A DNA stretch of 64,000 bases from contig DATHJB010000017.1 in assembly GCA_035316325.1 (NCBI GenBank), positions 3,434-67,433 on the forward strand, in the 5' to 3' direction. The position numbers were made by a program, and so were the translations under genes. The stretch's first letter is position 1. Every line of letters starts with the position of its first letter. Origin of the DNA: Acidimicrobiales bacterium (GTDB taxonomy: Bacteria > Actinomycetota > Acidimicrobiia > Acidimicrobiales > VFJN01). Positions 1 through 9,048 of this stretch are shown here, piece after piece. Below the pieces are notes generated by a model that saw only the letters and a list, made by a program, of their open reading frames with translations, ran no database searches and was not told where the DNA came from.

Positions 1-4
1 AGGC

Positions 5-1567
5 GTGAACAGTGCGGCCGCGACCCCGAGTCTGGCGGAGCTGGTCTCGACGCTGTCGATCGCGTCGGACCTGGGCATGGGTCGTCCGGTCGAGCGGGTG
101 CTGCGCCAGACGGTGATCGCGATGCGCCTGGCCGAGACGGCGGGCGTGGGCCCTGAGGTCCGGGCCGCCACGTACTACGCGTCGCTGCTGACCTGGGTCG
201 GCTGCGCGGCCGATACGAGCGACCTCGCGGTCCTGTTCGGCGAGGAGGCCGACCTGTACGCCGACACCCACGACGGCGACCTCACGCCCATGGCCATGGG
301 CATGTTCGTCGCCCGGCACCTCGGCCGGGGCGGCCCAGGCCTGCGCCGGGTCGGCATGGTCGGCCGGTTCCTGGCCACGGCCGGGCGTTCGGTGCGGAAG
401 GTGATGGAGTCGCACTGCCAGGCGGCCGGCGACTTCGCCGAGCGGCTCGGACTGGGTGACGACGTGCGCACGCCGCTGCTCCAGGCCTTCGAGCGCTGGG
501 ACGGCAAGGGTGTGCCGGGCAAGGTCGGCAGCCAGCAGGTGGCACCAGCCATCCGGCTCGTCCACCTGGCCGACAACGTGGAGGCGTTCCACCACGTCGG
601 CGGGGTCGAGGTCGCGGTCGCCGTGGCTCGCGAGCGGCGGGGCACGCAGTTCGATCCGGAGCTGGTCGACTGCTTCTGCGACCACGCCGCGGGGATCCTC
701 GCCGACCTCGCCGACCTGTCGGCCTGGGACGAGGTCATCGCGCTCGACCCGTCGCTCGGCAGGCCCATGGGCGACGGCCTCTTCGACGAGGCGCTCGCGA
801 CCTTCGGCGACTTCGCCGATCTCAAGGACCCGCACCGCACGGGGCACAGCCGGGGGGTGGCGACGCTGGCCGGCGGCGCCGCCTCGTTCCTCGGTCTGCC
901 GCCGTCCGAGGTGGCCGTCGTCCGCCGGGCGGGGTGGGTCCACGATGTGGGCGTCATCGGCGTGTCGAGCACGGTGTGGACGGAGACGGGCCAGTGGACG
1001 ATGGGCCAGCGCGAACGGGCCCGCACGCACCCGTACCTGACCGAGCGGATGTTGGCGCGCACGCCCACGCTGCGGCGCATCGGCCAGTGTGCGGCTCTCC
1101 ACCACGAGCGCCTCGACGGGTCGGGCTACCCGAAGGGCGTCACCGCCGACGCGATCCCGATCAGCGCTCGGGTCCTGGCTGCCGCCGATGTCTACGAGGC
1201 CCTGCGCGGGCCCCGACCGCACCGGCCGGCGGTGACGGCGCCGGAGGCCGAGCGGGTCCTGCGCGATGAGGTCGTCGCCGGTCGTCTCGACGGCGACGCC
1301 GTCAACGCCGTGTTGTCCGCCGGCGGGCACCGGGTGCGTCGACGGGCGGGCCTGCCCGGCGGGCTGACGCCCCGCGAGGTCGACGTCGTCGTGCAGCTGG
1401 CACGAGGCCGGTCGAATCCCGAGATCGCCGCCGCGCTGGGTGTGGCCCGCCGCACGGTCACCTCCCACCTGGAGCACGTGTACACGAAGCTCGGCGTCTC
1501 CGGTCGCACCGAGGCCGCGCTGTTCGCGATGCGCCACGGCCTGGTGGACGAGCCCACCGACGACTGA
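5..1567 (+). CDS. HD-GYP domain / LuxR-type HTH transcriptional regulator
   Basis: C-terminal HD-GYP motifs (VHDVG, HHERLDGSGYPKG), a degenerate N-terminal HD-like repeat (LLTWVGC...FERWDGKGVP) and a LuxR HTH (LTPREVDVV...GRSNPEIA...V.SHLEHVYTKLGV). Start is at the window edge. Confidence 0.85.
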   Translation: MNSAAATPSLAELVSTLSIASDLGMGRPVERVLRQTVIAMRLAETAGVGPEVRAATYYASLLTWVGCAADTSDLAVLFGEEADLYADTHDGDLTPMAMGMFVARHLGRGGPGLRRVGMVGRFLATAGRSVRKVMESHCQAAGDFAERLGLGDDVRTPLLQAFERWDGKGVPGKVGSQQVAPAIRLVHLADNVEAFHHVGGVEVAVAVARERRGTQFDPELVDCFCDHAAGILADLADLSAWDEVIALDPSLGRPMGDGLFDEALATFGDFADLKDPHRTGHSRGVATLAGGAASFLGLPPSEVAVVRRAGWVHDVGVIGVSSTVWTETGQWTMGQRERARTHPYLTERMLARTPTLRRIGQCAALHHERLDGSGYPKGVTADAIPISARVLAAADVYEALRGPRPHRPAVTAPEAERVLRDEVVAGRLDGDAVNAVLSAGGHRVRRRAGLPGGLTPREVDVVVQLARGRSNPEIAAALGVARRTVTSHLEHVYTKLGVSGRTEAALFAMRHGLVDEPTDD

Positions 1568-1600
1568 CCGGGCTGCCCGGGCTGACCGGGCTGACCGCTG
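1565..1600 (+). repeat. Short tandem repeat, 9-bp unit TG(A/C)CCGGGC, about 3.7 copies
   Basis: tgaccgggc-tgcccgggc-tgaccgggc-tgaccgc-tga begins at the regulator stop codon. Confidence 0.7.
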
Positions 1601-1625
1601 AAGTTTGAGCAGGAACATAAGTCAC

Positions 1626-1649
1626 CTGACCGATGCGCCGATCGGGCAG
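1626..1649. promoter_or_regulatory. Putative operator (imperfect palindrome) upstream of the NTF2-P450-OsmC operon
   Basis: ctgaccgat-N6-atcgggcag, 8/9 dyad, 18 bp upstream of ATG 1668 and directly downstream of a LuxR-HTH regulator. Confidence 0.45.
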
Positions 1650-1667
1650 CGTCCGTAGAACGGACGC

Positions 1668-2099
1668 ATGACTCCAACGGCCACCCCGACCGATCCCACG
1701 ACCGTCCCGGCCGACGACGCGCTCAGCTTCGAGGTCGCCGGCCGCTTCGTCGACGGGCTCGCCGCCCGCGACTTCGACCTGCTCGCCGGCACCCTCGCCG
1801 ACGCGGTGCGCTTCCGCGCCCTCCTCCCGCGCCGTGTCCTCGACCTGGAGGGGGCCGACGCCGTGCGCTCGACGTTCGCCCGGTGGTTCGGCGGTGCCGA
1901 GCGGTGGGAGATGGTCGAGGCGGTCGTCGGTGAGGTCGGCGGTCGCGTCCACCTGCACTGGCGGGTCCGCCTGTCCGACCCCGACATCGGCGAGGGGCCG
2001 TTGCTGGTCGAACAGCAGGTGTACGCCGACGCGGGGGCCGACGGTCGGCTGCGCGACGTGGCGCTCCTCTGCACGGGCTACCGGCCGGAGCGTTCGTGA
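1668..2099 (+). CDS. SnoaL/NTF2-like domain protein
   Basis: 143 aa with the pattern F..GLAARDFD.LAGTLADAVRFRALLP. Overlaps the P450 start (GTGA). Confidence 0.6.
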   Translation: MTPTATPTDPTTVPADDALSFEVAGRFVDGLAARDFDLLAGTLADAVRFRALLPRRVLDLEGADAVRSTFARWFGGAERWEMVEAVVGEVGGRVHLHWRVRLSDPDIGEGPLLVEQQVYADAGADGRLRDVALLCTGYRPERS

Positions 2100-3349
2100 G
2101 CGCCGTCGAGTGGGGCGGGTGGGGCGACGCCGTCCGCGACGACCCCTTCCCGACCTTCGCCGAGGCCCGCTCGCGCTGCCCGGTGCAGCACGTCCGGCTG
2201 CCCTTCGGCCACGACGCCTGGGTCGTGCTCGGCCACGCGGCCGCCCGCCAGGCGCTCGGCGACGACCGGCTGTCCAAGGACATGGTGGCCGCCCTCGACC
2301 AGGACCCCGACGTCGTGGCCGAAGGGCTCCCGGGCCCCGACTTCGCCCACCACATGCTGGCCATGGACGCACCCGACCACGGCCGGCTCCGGGGCCTGGT
2401 CGCCTCGGCGTTTCGCCCGTCGCAGGTCGCGGCCCTGCGCCCCGCCGTCGAGCGCCTCGCCGACCAGTTGCTCGACGAGCTCGCCGAGCGGGGACCCGAC
2501 ACCGTCGTCGACCTCCGCGGCGGCTTCGCCCACCCCTTGCCGTTCGCCGTCGTCTGCGAGCTCCTCGGCGTGGACGGCGCCCACCGCCGGGTCCTCCACG
2601 ACGCCTTCGCCACGCTGCTCCGGCCCTGGCCGTGGCCCCCGCCCCCCGAGGCGGTGGCCGCCTCGGACCTCGTCACGGGGACGCTCCGCGCCCTGGTGGA
2701 CGGCGCCACGCCGGACCCGGACGGCGACGTCGTAGCCGTGCTCGTCGCGGCCGTGGCCCGGGGCGACGCCACCCGCGCCGAGGCGCTCTCGTCGCTGTTC
2801 CAGCTGGTGGTGGCCGGTCACGACACCACGAGCAGCCTCATCGGCAACGGCGTGGTGGCCCTGCTCGACCATCCCGACCAGCTAGCACTGGTGCGTGACG
2901 ACGCCGGGCTCGTGCCCGGGGCCGTCGAGGAGCTGATGCGCTTCACGGCGCCCGTGCCCCACGCCACCTTCCGGGTCACGACCGCGCCGGTCGAGCTCGA
3001 CGGCGTGACGGTCCCGAGCGGCCGTCAGGTGCTGGTGAGCCTCGGTGCCGCCAACCGCGACCCCGCCTTCGTCGACGAGCCCGACCGCCTCGACGTCACC
3101 CGTCCACCCCGCCGGCACCTCGCGTTCGGTCACGGCGCCCACCACTGCCTCGGCGCCCCACTCGCCCGCATGGAGGCTGACGTCGCCTTCCGCCGGCTGC
3201 TCGGCCGCTTCCCCGACCTCCGCCTCGCCGTCCCCAGGGACGAGTTGGCCTGGTCGCACGGCGACGGCCTTGTGCTGCGCGGCCTCGGCGCCCTTCCCGT
3301 GGTGCTCGGCCCCGAGCAGCCGGCCCCGACCCCGACCTCGATCGCCTGA
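2096..3349 (+). CDS. Cytochrome P450
   Basis: I-helix AGHDTT, ExxR (EELMR) and heme-binding FGHGAHHCLG. Confidence 0.95.
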   Translation: MSAVEWGGWGDAVRDDPFPTFAEARSRCPVQHVRLPFGHDAWVVLGHAAARQALGDDRLSKDMVAALDQDPDVVAEGLPGPDFAHHMLAMDAPDHGRLRGLVASAFRPSQVAALRPAVERLADQLLDELAERGPDTVVDLRGGFAHPLPFAVVCELLGVDGAHRRVLHDAFATLLRPWPWPPPPEAVAASDLVTGTLRALVDGATPDPDGDVVAVLVAAVARGDATRAEALSSLFQLVVAGHDTTSSLIGNGVVALLDHPDQLALVRDDAGLVPGAVEELMRFTAPVPHATFRVTTAPVELDGVTVPSGRQVLVSLGAANRDPAFVDEPDRLDVTRPPRRHLAFGHGAHHCLGAPLARMEADVAFRRLLGRFPDLRLAVPRDELAWSHGDGLVLRGLGALPVVLGPEQPAPTPTSIA

Positions 3350-3384
3350 GCGCACCGACAACCGTCCGACGGAGGACAACTGCG

Positions 3385-3735
3385 ATGACCACCACCACCC
3401 AGCCCGTCGACAACGGCGTGGACGTGGACGCCCTGCTCGGCGCCCGCGCTGCGCTCAACGATGCGCCCGCCGAGGCGGCGGAGTTGACTTGGAAGGCCAC
3501 CTGCACCTGGTAGCGCGGCACCCACAGCCGCTCCACCGTCGACGGCTTCACCGGCCTCGGCACCGAGCACCGCCACCGGTCGACCTACACCTTCGACGTC
3601 GACCACCCGGAGTGCTTCGCCTCGGAGGACCACGGCGCCAGGCCTGTCGAGTACGTGCTCGTCGGCCTCGCCGGCTGTCGCACCGCCGGTGTGGCATCGG
3701 TCGCCCGGCACCGCGGGATCCAGGTCCGGTGTCTG
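3385..3735 (+). pseudogene. OsmC-family protein pseudogene (in-frame TAG at 3511-3513, 3' truncated)
   Basis: GGAGG RBS, then ATG 3385: MTTTTQPVDNGVDVDALLGAR...W*RGTHSRSTV...DHPECFASEDHGARPVEYVLVGLAGC..AGVASVA..RGIQVR. OsmC-like similarity ends near 3730, just before the duplicated oplB fragment. Confidence 0.8.
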
Positions 3736-3777
3736 GCCATGAGCACCGGCTCACCGAGCGGTCGGTCGACCACCGAA

Positions 3778-4162
3778 CCGGCGATCTCGCGCCTTGGGTC
3801 AGGGCGTTGTTGGGCCCAGCCGCCACCGCCGGGGGTGAGCATCCGGACGACATCGCCAGCCTTCAGGTGCATGGTGCACTTGTCAGGGAGGCGTTCGGCT
3901 CGGGACTCGTCGCCGCCGGGGAGCAGCCAGTTCTCTCCTATCGCACCCGGCCCGCCGCCCCAAAGGCCCCACGGTTGGGAGACACGGTGCTCGGTGATCA
4001 GCGACAGCGTGCAGTCCTCCAAGACCTGGAGGTCGCGCTCGATGCCCTCGCCCCCCGGGGAGAAGCCGGCGCCGCCGCTGCCAAGGCGCAGGCGGTAGCG
4101 CAGGACCCGCATCGGGAACGCACGCTCCAAAGCCTCGATCGGCGTGTTCTGGGTGTTGGTCA
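3778..4162 (-). pseudogene. Duplicated 3' fragment of the hydantoinase B/oxoprolinase gene (direct repeat of 9049-9434)
   Basis: About 91% identical to 9049-9434 by manual alignment (about 32 substitutions, mostly synonymous, plus a 1-nt deletion near the stop). Encodes TNTQNTPIEALERAFP...LTPGGGGW with no 5' part of the gene. Confidence 0.9.
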
Positions 4163-4386
4163 CCGCACGCGACACGCCGACCCGACGTCAGTCCGGCTAC
4201 CTGAGTAAGCCCAACAGAAGGCGCAGATTCCACAGTCTTCTTGCAGACACGACAGCAGGCGCCTCGCCCAACCCTCTCGAGGTGAGGTGCACCCCTCCAT
4301 TTCTAGGCGCTGAACGAGGACTGGACGACCCCCTCTCCGTGGGACACTCGAGGTGAGGAGCCGGCACGCTGGCGTCCGGAGGCGCG

Positions 4387-5976
4387 ATGGCGGTCACTGG
4401 TCGAGACGGTCGCGAGACCTTCTACGAGGCGCAGGCGCGCCACCGCCGGTCGTCGTGGCGCTTCACCGCCCTGTCGGCGGGTGCGGTGCTGGTGCTGGGC
4501 CTGCCGTTGAGCGTGCTGGTGTCGCCGTTCGCGTCGGCGCTGGTGCTCGTCACCGCCGACGTGGTGAACCTGGTGGTGCCCACGCCCGACATCGGCGACG
4601 GCTACGGCGGGCTCGACAACGTCCCGGTCGCCGGGGGCCTGCTCGTGCCGGGCATGGTGGTCATGGGCCTCGCCTGGCTGGCCGTGCGCCGCATCTTCAT
4701 GCGCTCGGCCGCCGGCGCGGTGGTGCTGGCCTCGGGCGCCCGTCTCCCCGACCTCACCGACCCGGAGGAGCGCCGGCTCGTCAACCTCGTGGAGGAGATG
4801 GCCCTCGCCGCTGGCATCGTGCCGCCGCGGGTGATGGTGGTCGACAGCGACGCCGTGAACGCGGCCGTGGTGGGCCGGTCGGTCGACGACGTGACGATCA
4901 TCGTCCACAAGGCCCTGCTCGAGGAGTTGGGCCGCGACCCCACCAGCGCGGTCATCGCCGACCTCCTGGCCACCGTGGTCAACGGCGACCTGCACGCGGC
5001 GCTGGTGGTCGCCTCGGTCTTCCAGACCTTCGACCTCGTGGGCGCCGCGCTGGCGGCCCCGTTCAGCCGCAAGACCCGGCGGGTGCTGCGGCGCCTGGTC
5101 CGCCTGGCGATGCGCCCCGACGGGCCGCTGAGGGACGGCCGTGAGGAGCACTACATCGCCGAGGAGATGGCCGACCTGGCCATGCTCGGCGGTGAGGAGG
5201 GGCCGGGCGACCGCCGCTCGGGTTGCCTGACCTTCCCGTTCCTGGCCTCGTCGGTGGCCTACAGCCTGACCCACGGCCTGGTCGGCCTCTTCCTCGTCAC
5301 CCCGATCATGGGCGCGCTGTGGCGACGGCGGCGGCTGCTGGCCGACGCCACCGCCGTCGAGCTCACCCGCAACCCGGACGCCCTGGTGCGGGCCTTCAAG
5401 CACCTGGGCCGGCGGTCGACCCCGGTGCCCGCGGGCCCGTGGTCGCACCTGTTCGTGGTGGGCCCCGAGATCGAGCAGGGGCTGGCCAAGCGCCGCTTCG
5501 ACGAGCGCATGCACGCCCTGCGGGCCGAGGCGCGTCGGCCCGGCGAGTCGACCAGGGACCACGTGCGGCGCCGCCTGAGCGAGAGCACCGCCGTCCAGGC
5601 CGAGTACCAGAAGGCCCTCAACGAGGCGGCCGGCGACGCCGGCGGGCAGAGCCTGATGCGCAGCGGGCTCGACCGCTTCATCCCGCCCATGGACGTGCGG
5701 CTGCGGCGGCTGGAGGCGATGGGCGCCCAGCTGTTGGCCGGCCCGGCCGGCGCTCCGGTGCTGCGCCGCCCCCGGCCCACCACGCCCTGGGGCTGGGTGA
5801 AGCGCGTGGTCGGCGACGCCGTCGGCTGGGTGCTGGGCGCACTGCTGGTCGTGACGATCGCCGTGTGCGTGCTGCTGCTGATCGCCCTGCTGGCCGGGCT
5901 CATCTACGGGGCCCTGCTGCTCCAGGTGCTGGTCGTGGCCCTGCCGGTGTACATCGTGCACGCCGTGCTGCGCTGA
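4387..5976 (+). CDS. HtpX/M48-like membrane protein lacking zinc-binding residues
   Basis: M48 scaffold (LVNLVEEMALAAGI..PRV.V.DS..NA, LADATAVELTRNPDAL) with several TM segments. The HExxH position reads ADLLAT. Confidence 0.7.
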   Translation: MAVTGRDGRETFYEAQARHRRSSWRFTALSAGAVLVLGLPLSVLVSPFASALVLVTADVVNLVVPTPDIGDGYGGLDNVPVAGGLLVPGMVVMGLAWLAVRRIFMRSAAGAVVLASGARLPDLTDPEERRLVNLVEEMALAAGIVPPRVMVVDSDAVNAAVVGRSVDDVTIIVHKALLEELGRDPTSAVIADLLATVVNGDLHAALVVASVFQTFDLVGAALAAPFSRKTRRVLRRLVRLAMRPDGPLRDGREEHYIAEEMADLAMLGGEEGPGDRRSGCLTFPFLASSVAYSLTHGLVGLFLVTPIMGALWRRRRLLADATAVELTRNPDALVRAFKHLGRRSTPVPAGPWSHLFVVGPEIEQGLAKRRFDERMHALRAEARRPGESTRDHVRRRLSESTAVQAEYQKALNEAAGDAGGQSLMRSGLDRFIPPMDVRLRRLEAMGAQLLAGPAGAPVLRRPRPTTPWGWVKRVVGDAVGWVLGALLVVTIAVCVLLLIALLAGLIYGALLLQVLVVALPVYIVHAVLR

Positions 5977-6017
5977 CCCGGCTGGCCGCTCGCCAGTTAC
6001 GAGTTGATAGGGCCGCA

Positions 6018-6152
6018 TGTAGCACCTGTCAGCTGTCGTGAGTTCGCTGACAGGGGTGTGGCGGGTGATCGCTGACACCTGAGTTGGGGTCTGGGGTAGT
6101 CCTGGCTGCCATGGCCCGGAAGGTGGTTGCGATGGAAGCCAAGTTGTTGGCG
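6018..6152 (+). mobile_element. Probable truncated IS481-family left end with first transposase codons
   Basis: TGT terminus (6018), repeated CTGTCAGC/GCTGACA subterminal motifs, then ATG 6111 MARKVVAMEAKLLA. This resembles, from memory, N-termini of actinobacterial IS481 transposases. Lower-GC segment. Confidence 0.4.
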
Positions 6153-6501
6153 GATGGCTGGTCGAAGCTGGACTCGATGGGCGCCGGTCACCCGAACAGA
6201 CCGCCGGGTGGCTGCATAGCTCGTGGCACCCGCCCGCGCTCCCTTGACATCGAGGTCGCCTGGTTAGGAAGGCCGTCGGTGACGGCGGCCGCCCACACGC
6301 ACCCAGCAACCACACCGAGCCTCGACCCTCCACACTCCCGGCGCGGCCACTGACGAGCTACGCCTCGGAGCATGGGCCCACCGAGGCCCCCTGCGACGAC
6401 ATTCGGCGGCGAGGCCGCGAAGCGACGAGGAGTTCCCACCGCGGCTGGCGCAAGGCCGCAGCAGCAGTTGCCACCGCCGGCGACGTCTCGCGACATTGAG
6501 C

Positions 6502-6533
6502 TTGACCTTGACGCGAGGTCAACCCTGCAGGCT
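6502..6533 (+). promoter_or_regulatory. MerR-type promoter/operator for the ABC exporter operon
   Basis: TTGACC (-35) overlaps the dyad TTGACCT-N7-AGGTCAA (6502-6522). Extended 20-bp spacer to CAGGCT (-10). ATG 6540 follows, probably leaderless. A MerR gene is in the same operon. Confidence 0.75.
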
Positions 6534-6539
6534 GGTTTC

Positions 6540-7364
6540 ATGAGTAGGACACCAGCCATCAGGATCGCCGGGCTCATGAAGTCGTACGGCGACCTCGAGG
6601 TGCTTCGCGGCGTCGACCTCGACGTGGCGCCGGGCAGCATCTTCGCCCTTCTCGGCTCCAATGGGGCCGGCAAGACCACGGTCGTGAAGATCCTCTCCAC
6701 GCTCCTCAGGGCCGACGGCGGCACGGCCGTGGTGAACGGGTTCGACGTCGTCACACAGGCCGCGGACGTCCGCGAGTCGATCAGTCTCACCGGGCAGTTC
6801 GCCGCCGTTGACGAGATCCTCACCGGACGCGAGAACCTGGTGCTGATCGCCAAGCTGCGGCACCTCGACCAACCGGGCCGGATCGCCGACGACCTGCTCG
6901 CCCGCTTCTCGCTCACTGACGCTGGGGGACGTCGGGTGGCGACCTACTCGGGCGGTATGCGCCGCCGTCTCGACATCGCGATGAGCCTGATCGGGAGCCC
7001 GCCGGTGGTGTTCCTCGACGAGCCGACCACCGGACTCGACCCGCACGCTCGCCTGGAGGTGTGGCAATCCGTCCGCGAACTCGCCCAGGGCGGCACCACG
7101 GTTCTGCTCACCACGCAGTACCTCGATGAAGCTGAGCAGCTCGCCGAACGGATCGCGATCCTCCACGAGGGCCGGATCCTCGTGAACGGCACGCTCGCCG
7201 AGCTCAAGGCGCTGATGCCTCCGGCCCAGGTGGAGTACGTCGAGAAGCAGCCGAGCCTCGAAGACATCTTCCTCGCTCTCGTCGGTCGTCGCACCGGTGG
7301 GGAAGCCCCCCTGAGCGACACAGCGGCCCCCCGGTCGCCACGGACAAGTGAGGTCGGACGATGA
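6540..7364 (+). CDS. DrrA-like ABC exporter ATP-binding subunit
   Basis: GSNGAGKT, YSGGMRRRL, VVFLDEPTTGLD. Start moved to ATG 6540 to fit the promoter. Confidence 0.92.
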   Translation: MSRTPAIRIAGLMKSYGDLEVLRGVDLDVAPGSIFALLGSNGAGKTTVVKILSTLLRADGGTAVVNGFDVVTQAADVRESISLTGQFAAVDEILTGRENLVLIAKLRHLDQPGRIADDLLARFSLTDAGGRRVATYSGGMRRRLDIAMSLIGSPPVVFLDEPTTGLDPHARLEVWQSVRELAQGGTTVLLTTQYLDEAEQLAERIAILHEGRILVNGTLAELKALMPPAQVEYVEKQPSLEDIFLALVGRRTGGEAPLSDTAAPRSPRTSEVGR

Positions 7365-8122
7365 ACAACCACTTCCTCAGCGACACGAGCGCGCTGCTGG
7401 GCCGCTCCCTGCGCCACATCCTGCGCAGCCCGGACACGATCATCACCACCGCGATCACACCGATCGTCATGTTGTTGATGTTCGTCTACGTCTTCGGCGG
7501 AGCGATCGACACGGGCGGCAGCAAGTACGTCAACTACCTCCTGCCGGGCATCCTGCTGATCACGGTCGCGTCAGGCGTCGCCTACACGTCCTTGCGCCTC
7601 TTCACCGATGTCTCCGGCGGGATCTTCGAGCGGTTCCAGTCGATGCCGATCGCCCGCTCGGCAGTCCTGTGGGGGCACGTGCTGACTTCGCTGATCGCCA
7701 ACCTGATCTCGCTCGTGCTGGTCGTCCTCGTCGCCCTGGCGATCGGGTTCCGCTCGGGAGCCGGCGTCGTCGCGTGGCTCGGGGTGCTTGGCATCATCGT
7801 GCTGTTCACCCTGGCGCTGACCTGGCTGGCAGTCAGCGCCGGGCTCGCCGCGAAGTCACCCGACGGCGCAGGCGCGTTCGCCTATCCGCTGCTGTTCCTG
7901 CCGTTCGTCAGCTCGGCCTTCGTGCCCACCACCGGGATGCCCGGCCCCGTGGAGTGGTTCGCCGAGCACCAGCCCGTCACCTCGATCGTCAACACGCTCC
8001 GGAACCTGTACGCCGACCAGCCGCTCGGTAACGATCTGTGGACCGCACTCGCCTGGTGCGTCGGCCTCCTGGTCGTGGCCTACGCGCTCGCCGTGCGCAC
8101 GTACCACCGCAAGCTCGCCTGA
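7361..8122 (+). CDS. ABC-2 type exporter permease (DrrB-like)
   Basis: Six TM segments, GIFERFQSMPIARS motif, coupled to the ATPase. Confidence 0.9.
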   Translation: MNNHFLSDTSALLGRSLRHILRSPDTIITTAITPIVMLLMFVYVFGGAIDTGGSKYVNYLLPGILLITVASGVAYTSLRLFTDVSGGIFERFQSMPIARSAVLWGHVLTSLIANLISLVLVVLVALAIGFRSGAGVVAWLGVLGIIVLFTLALTWLAVSAGLAAKSPDGAGAFAYPLLFLPFVSSAFVPTTGMPGPVEWFAEHQPVTSIVNTLRNLYADQPLGNDLWTALAWCVGLLVVAYALAVRTYHRKLA

Positions 8123-8161
8123 ACCGCCCGGCACACTGACCTCGATGAACAGCGGTCCGAC

Positions 8162-8938
8162 ATGCTGACGATCAGCCAGCTCGCGGCGTACGCCGGGGTG
8201 ACTGTGCGGGCGGTGCGCCACTACCACGCCAAGGGGTTGCTGCCCGAGCCTGAGCGCGACCACTCGGGGTACCGGCGCTACGACGCGGCAGCCGTCGTCG
8301 AGCTGATCCGGATCAAGACGCTGGCCGAGGCCGGCGTGCCGCTGTCGCGGGTGCAGGAGCTGTTGACCGCCGACGAGGAGGACTTCGCCGCGGCGATCGA
8401 GGAGATCGATCGCCGCCTGCGCTCCGAGATCTGCGAGCGCCAGCGCCACCGTGAACGCGTCACCGAGCTCGCGGCCGGCGACCGGCTAGCGCTGCCGCCC
8501 GAGGCGGTCGACTACCTCGACCGGCTGCGCGAGCTCGACGTCCCGGAGCGGGCGATCGAGATGGAGCGCGACGCCTGGATCCTCGTGGCCGCGCAGATCC
8601 CCGACCAGATGCCGGCACTGATGGCGCTCAAGCGCAGCCAGATCGAAGACCCGGCCGTCACCGCGATGTACGTCGACCTCGTCGAGGCGGCCGACTGGGA
8701 CACCGATGATCCACGCCTGCCCGCGGTCGCCGACCGGCTCGTGGCGATGTTCGAGGAGGACGCCGAACACTGGAGCGAGGACCAGATCGCCGACTTCGCG
8801 CTCGACGACGAGTTGGTCGCCTTGCTCGACGAGGTGTTCGTCAACGCGGTGCCGTTCGCCCGGAGGTTGCTGCGCCTACTCGAGGAGCGCGGCTGGAGCG
8901 GGTGGACCCAGCTCCAACGCATCAGCCCCCCGTCGTAG
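8162..8938 (+). CDS. MerR-family transcriptional regulator
   Basis: LTISQLAAYAGVTVRAVRHYHAKGLLPEPERDHSGYRRY. Confidence 0.92.
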   Translation: MLTISQLAAYAGVTVRAVRHYHAKGLLPEPERDHSGYRRYDAAAVVELIRIKTLAEAGVPLSRVQELLTADEEDFAAAIEEIDRRLRSEICERQRHRERVTELAAGDRLALPPEAVDYLDRLRELDVPERAIEMERDAWILVAAQIPDQMPALMALKRSQIEDPAVTAMYVDLVEAADWDTDDPRLPAVADRLVAMFEEDAEHWSEDQIADFALDDELVALLDEVFVNAVPFARRLLRLLEERGWSGWTQLQRISPPS

Positions 8939-9048
8939 CCGGCAACGGTCAGACGGCCAGCGCCACGACGACGAACTGCTGACACCGGGATCACGGGCAC
9001 GAGGCGCACAGAACCGCGGCGCCGCTCGCCCTGACACGAAGCGCGTAG

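Noticed and set aside
3511-3513. In-frame TAG in the OsmC gene as pyrrolysine or programmed readthrough
   Set aside because: No pyl genes are visible and the gene is also truncated downstream. A simple nonsense mutation is more parsimonious.
4276-4358. 12-bp direct repeat CTCGAGGTGAGG (4276 and 4347) as a target-site duplication or mini-CRISPR
   Set aside because: Only two short copies, with no element or cas genes. Insufficient support.
4163-9048. An intact mobile element (integrase or transposase) within the repeat-bounded segment
   Set aside because: No recombinase ORF is present. Only a possible IS scar, so it is reported as inferred att architecture rather than an active element.
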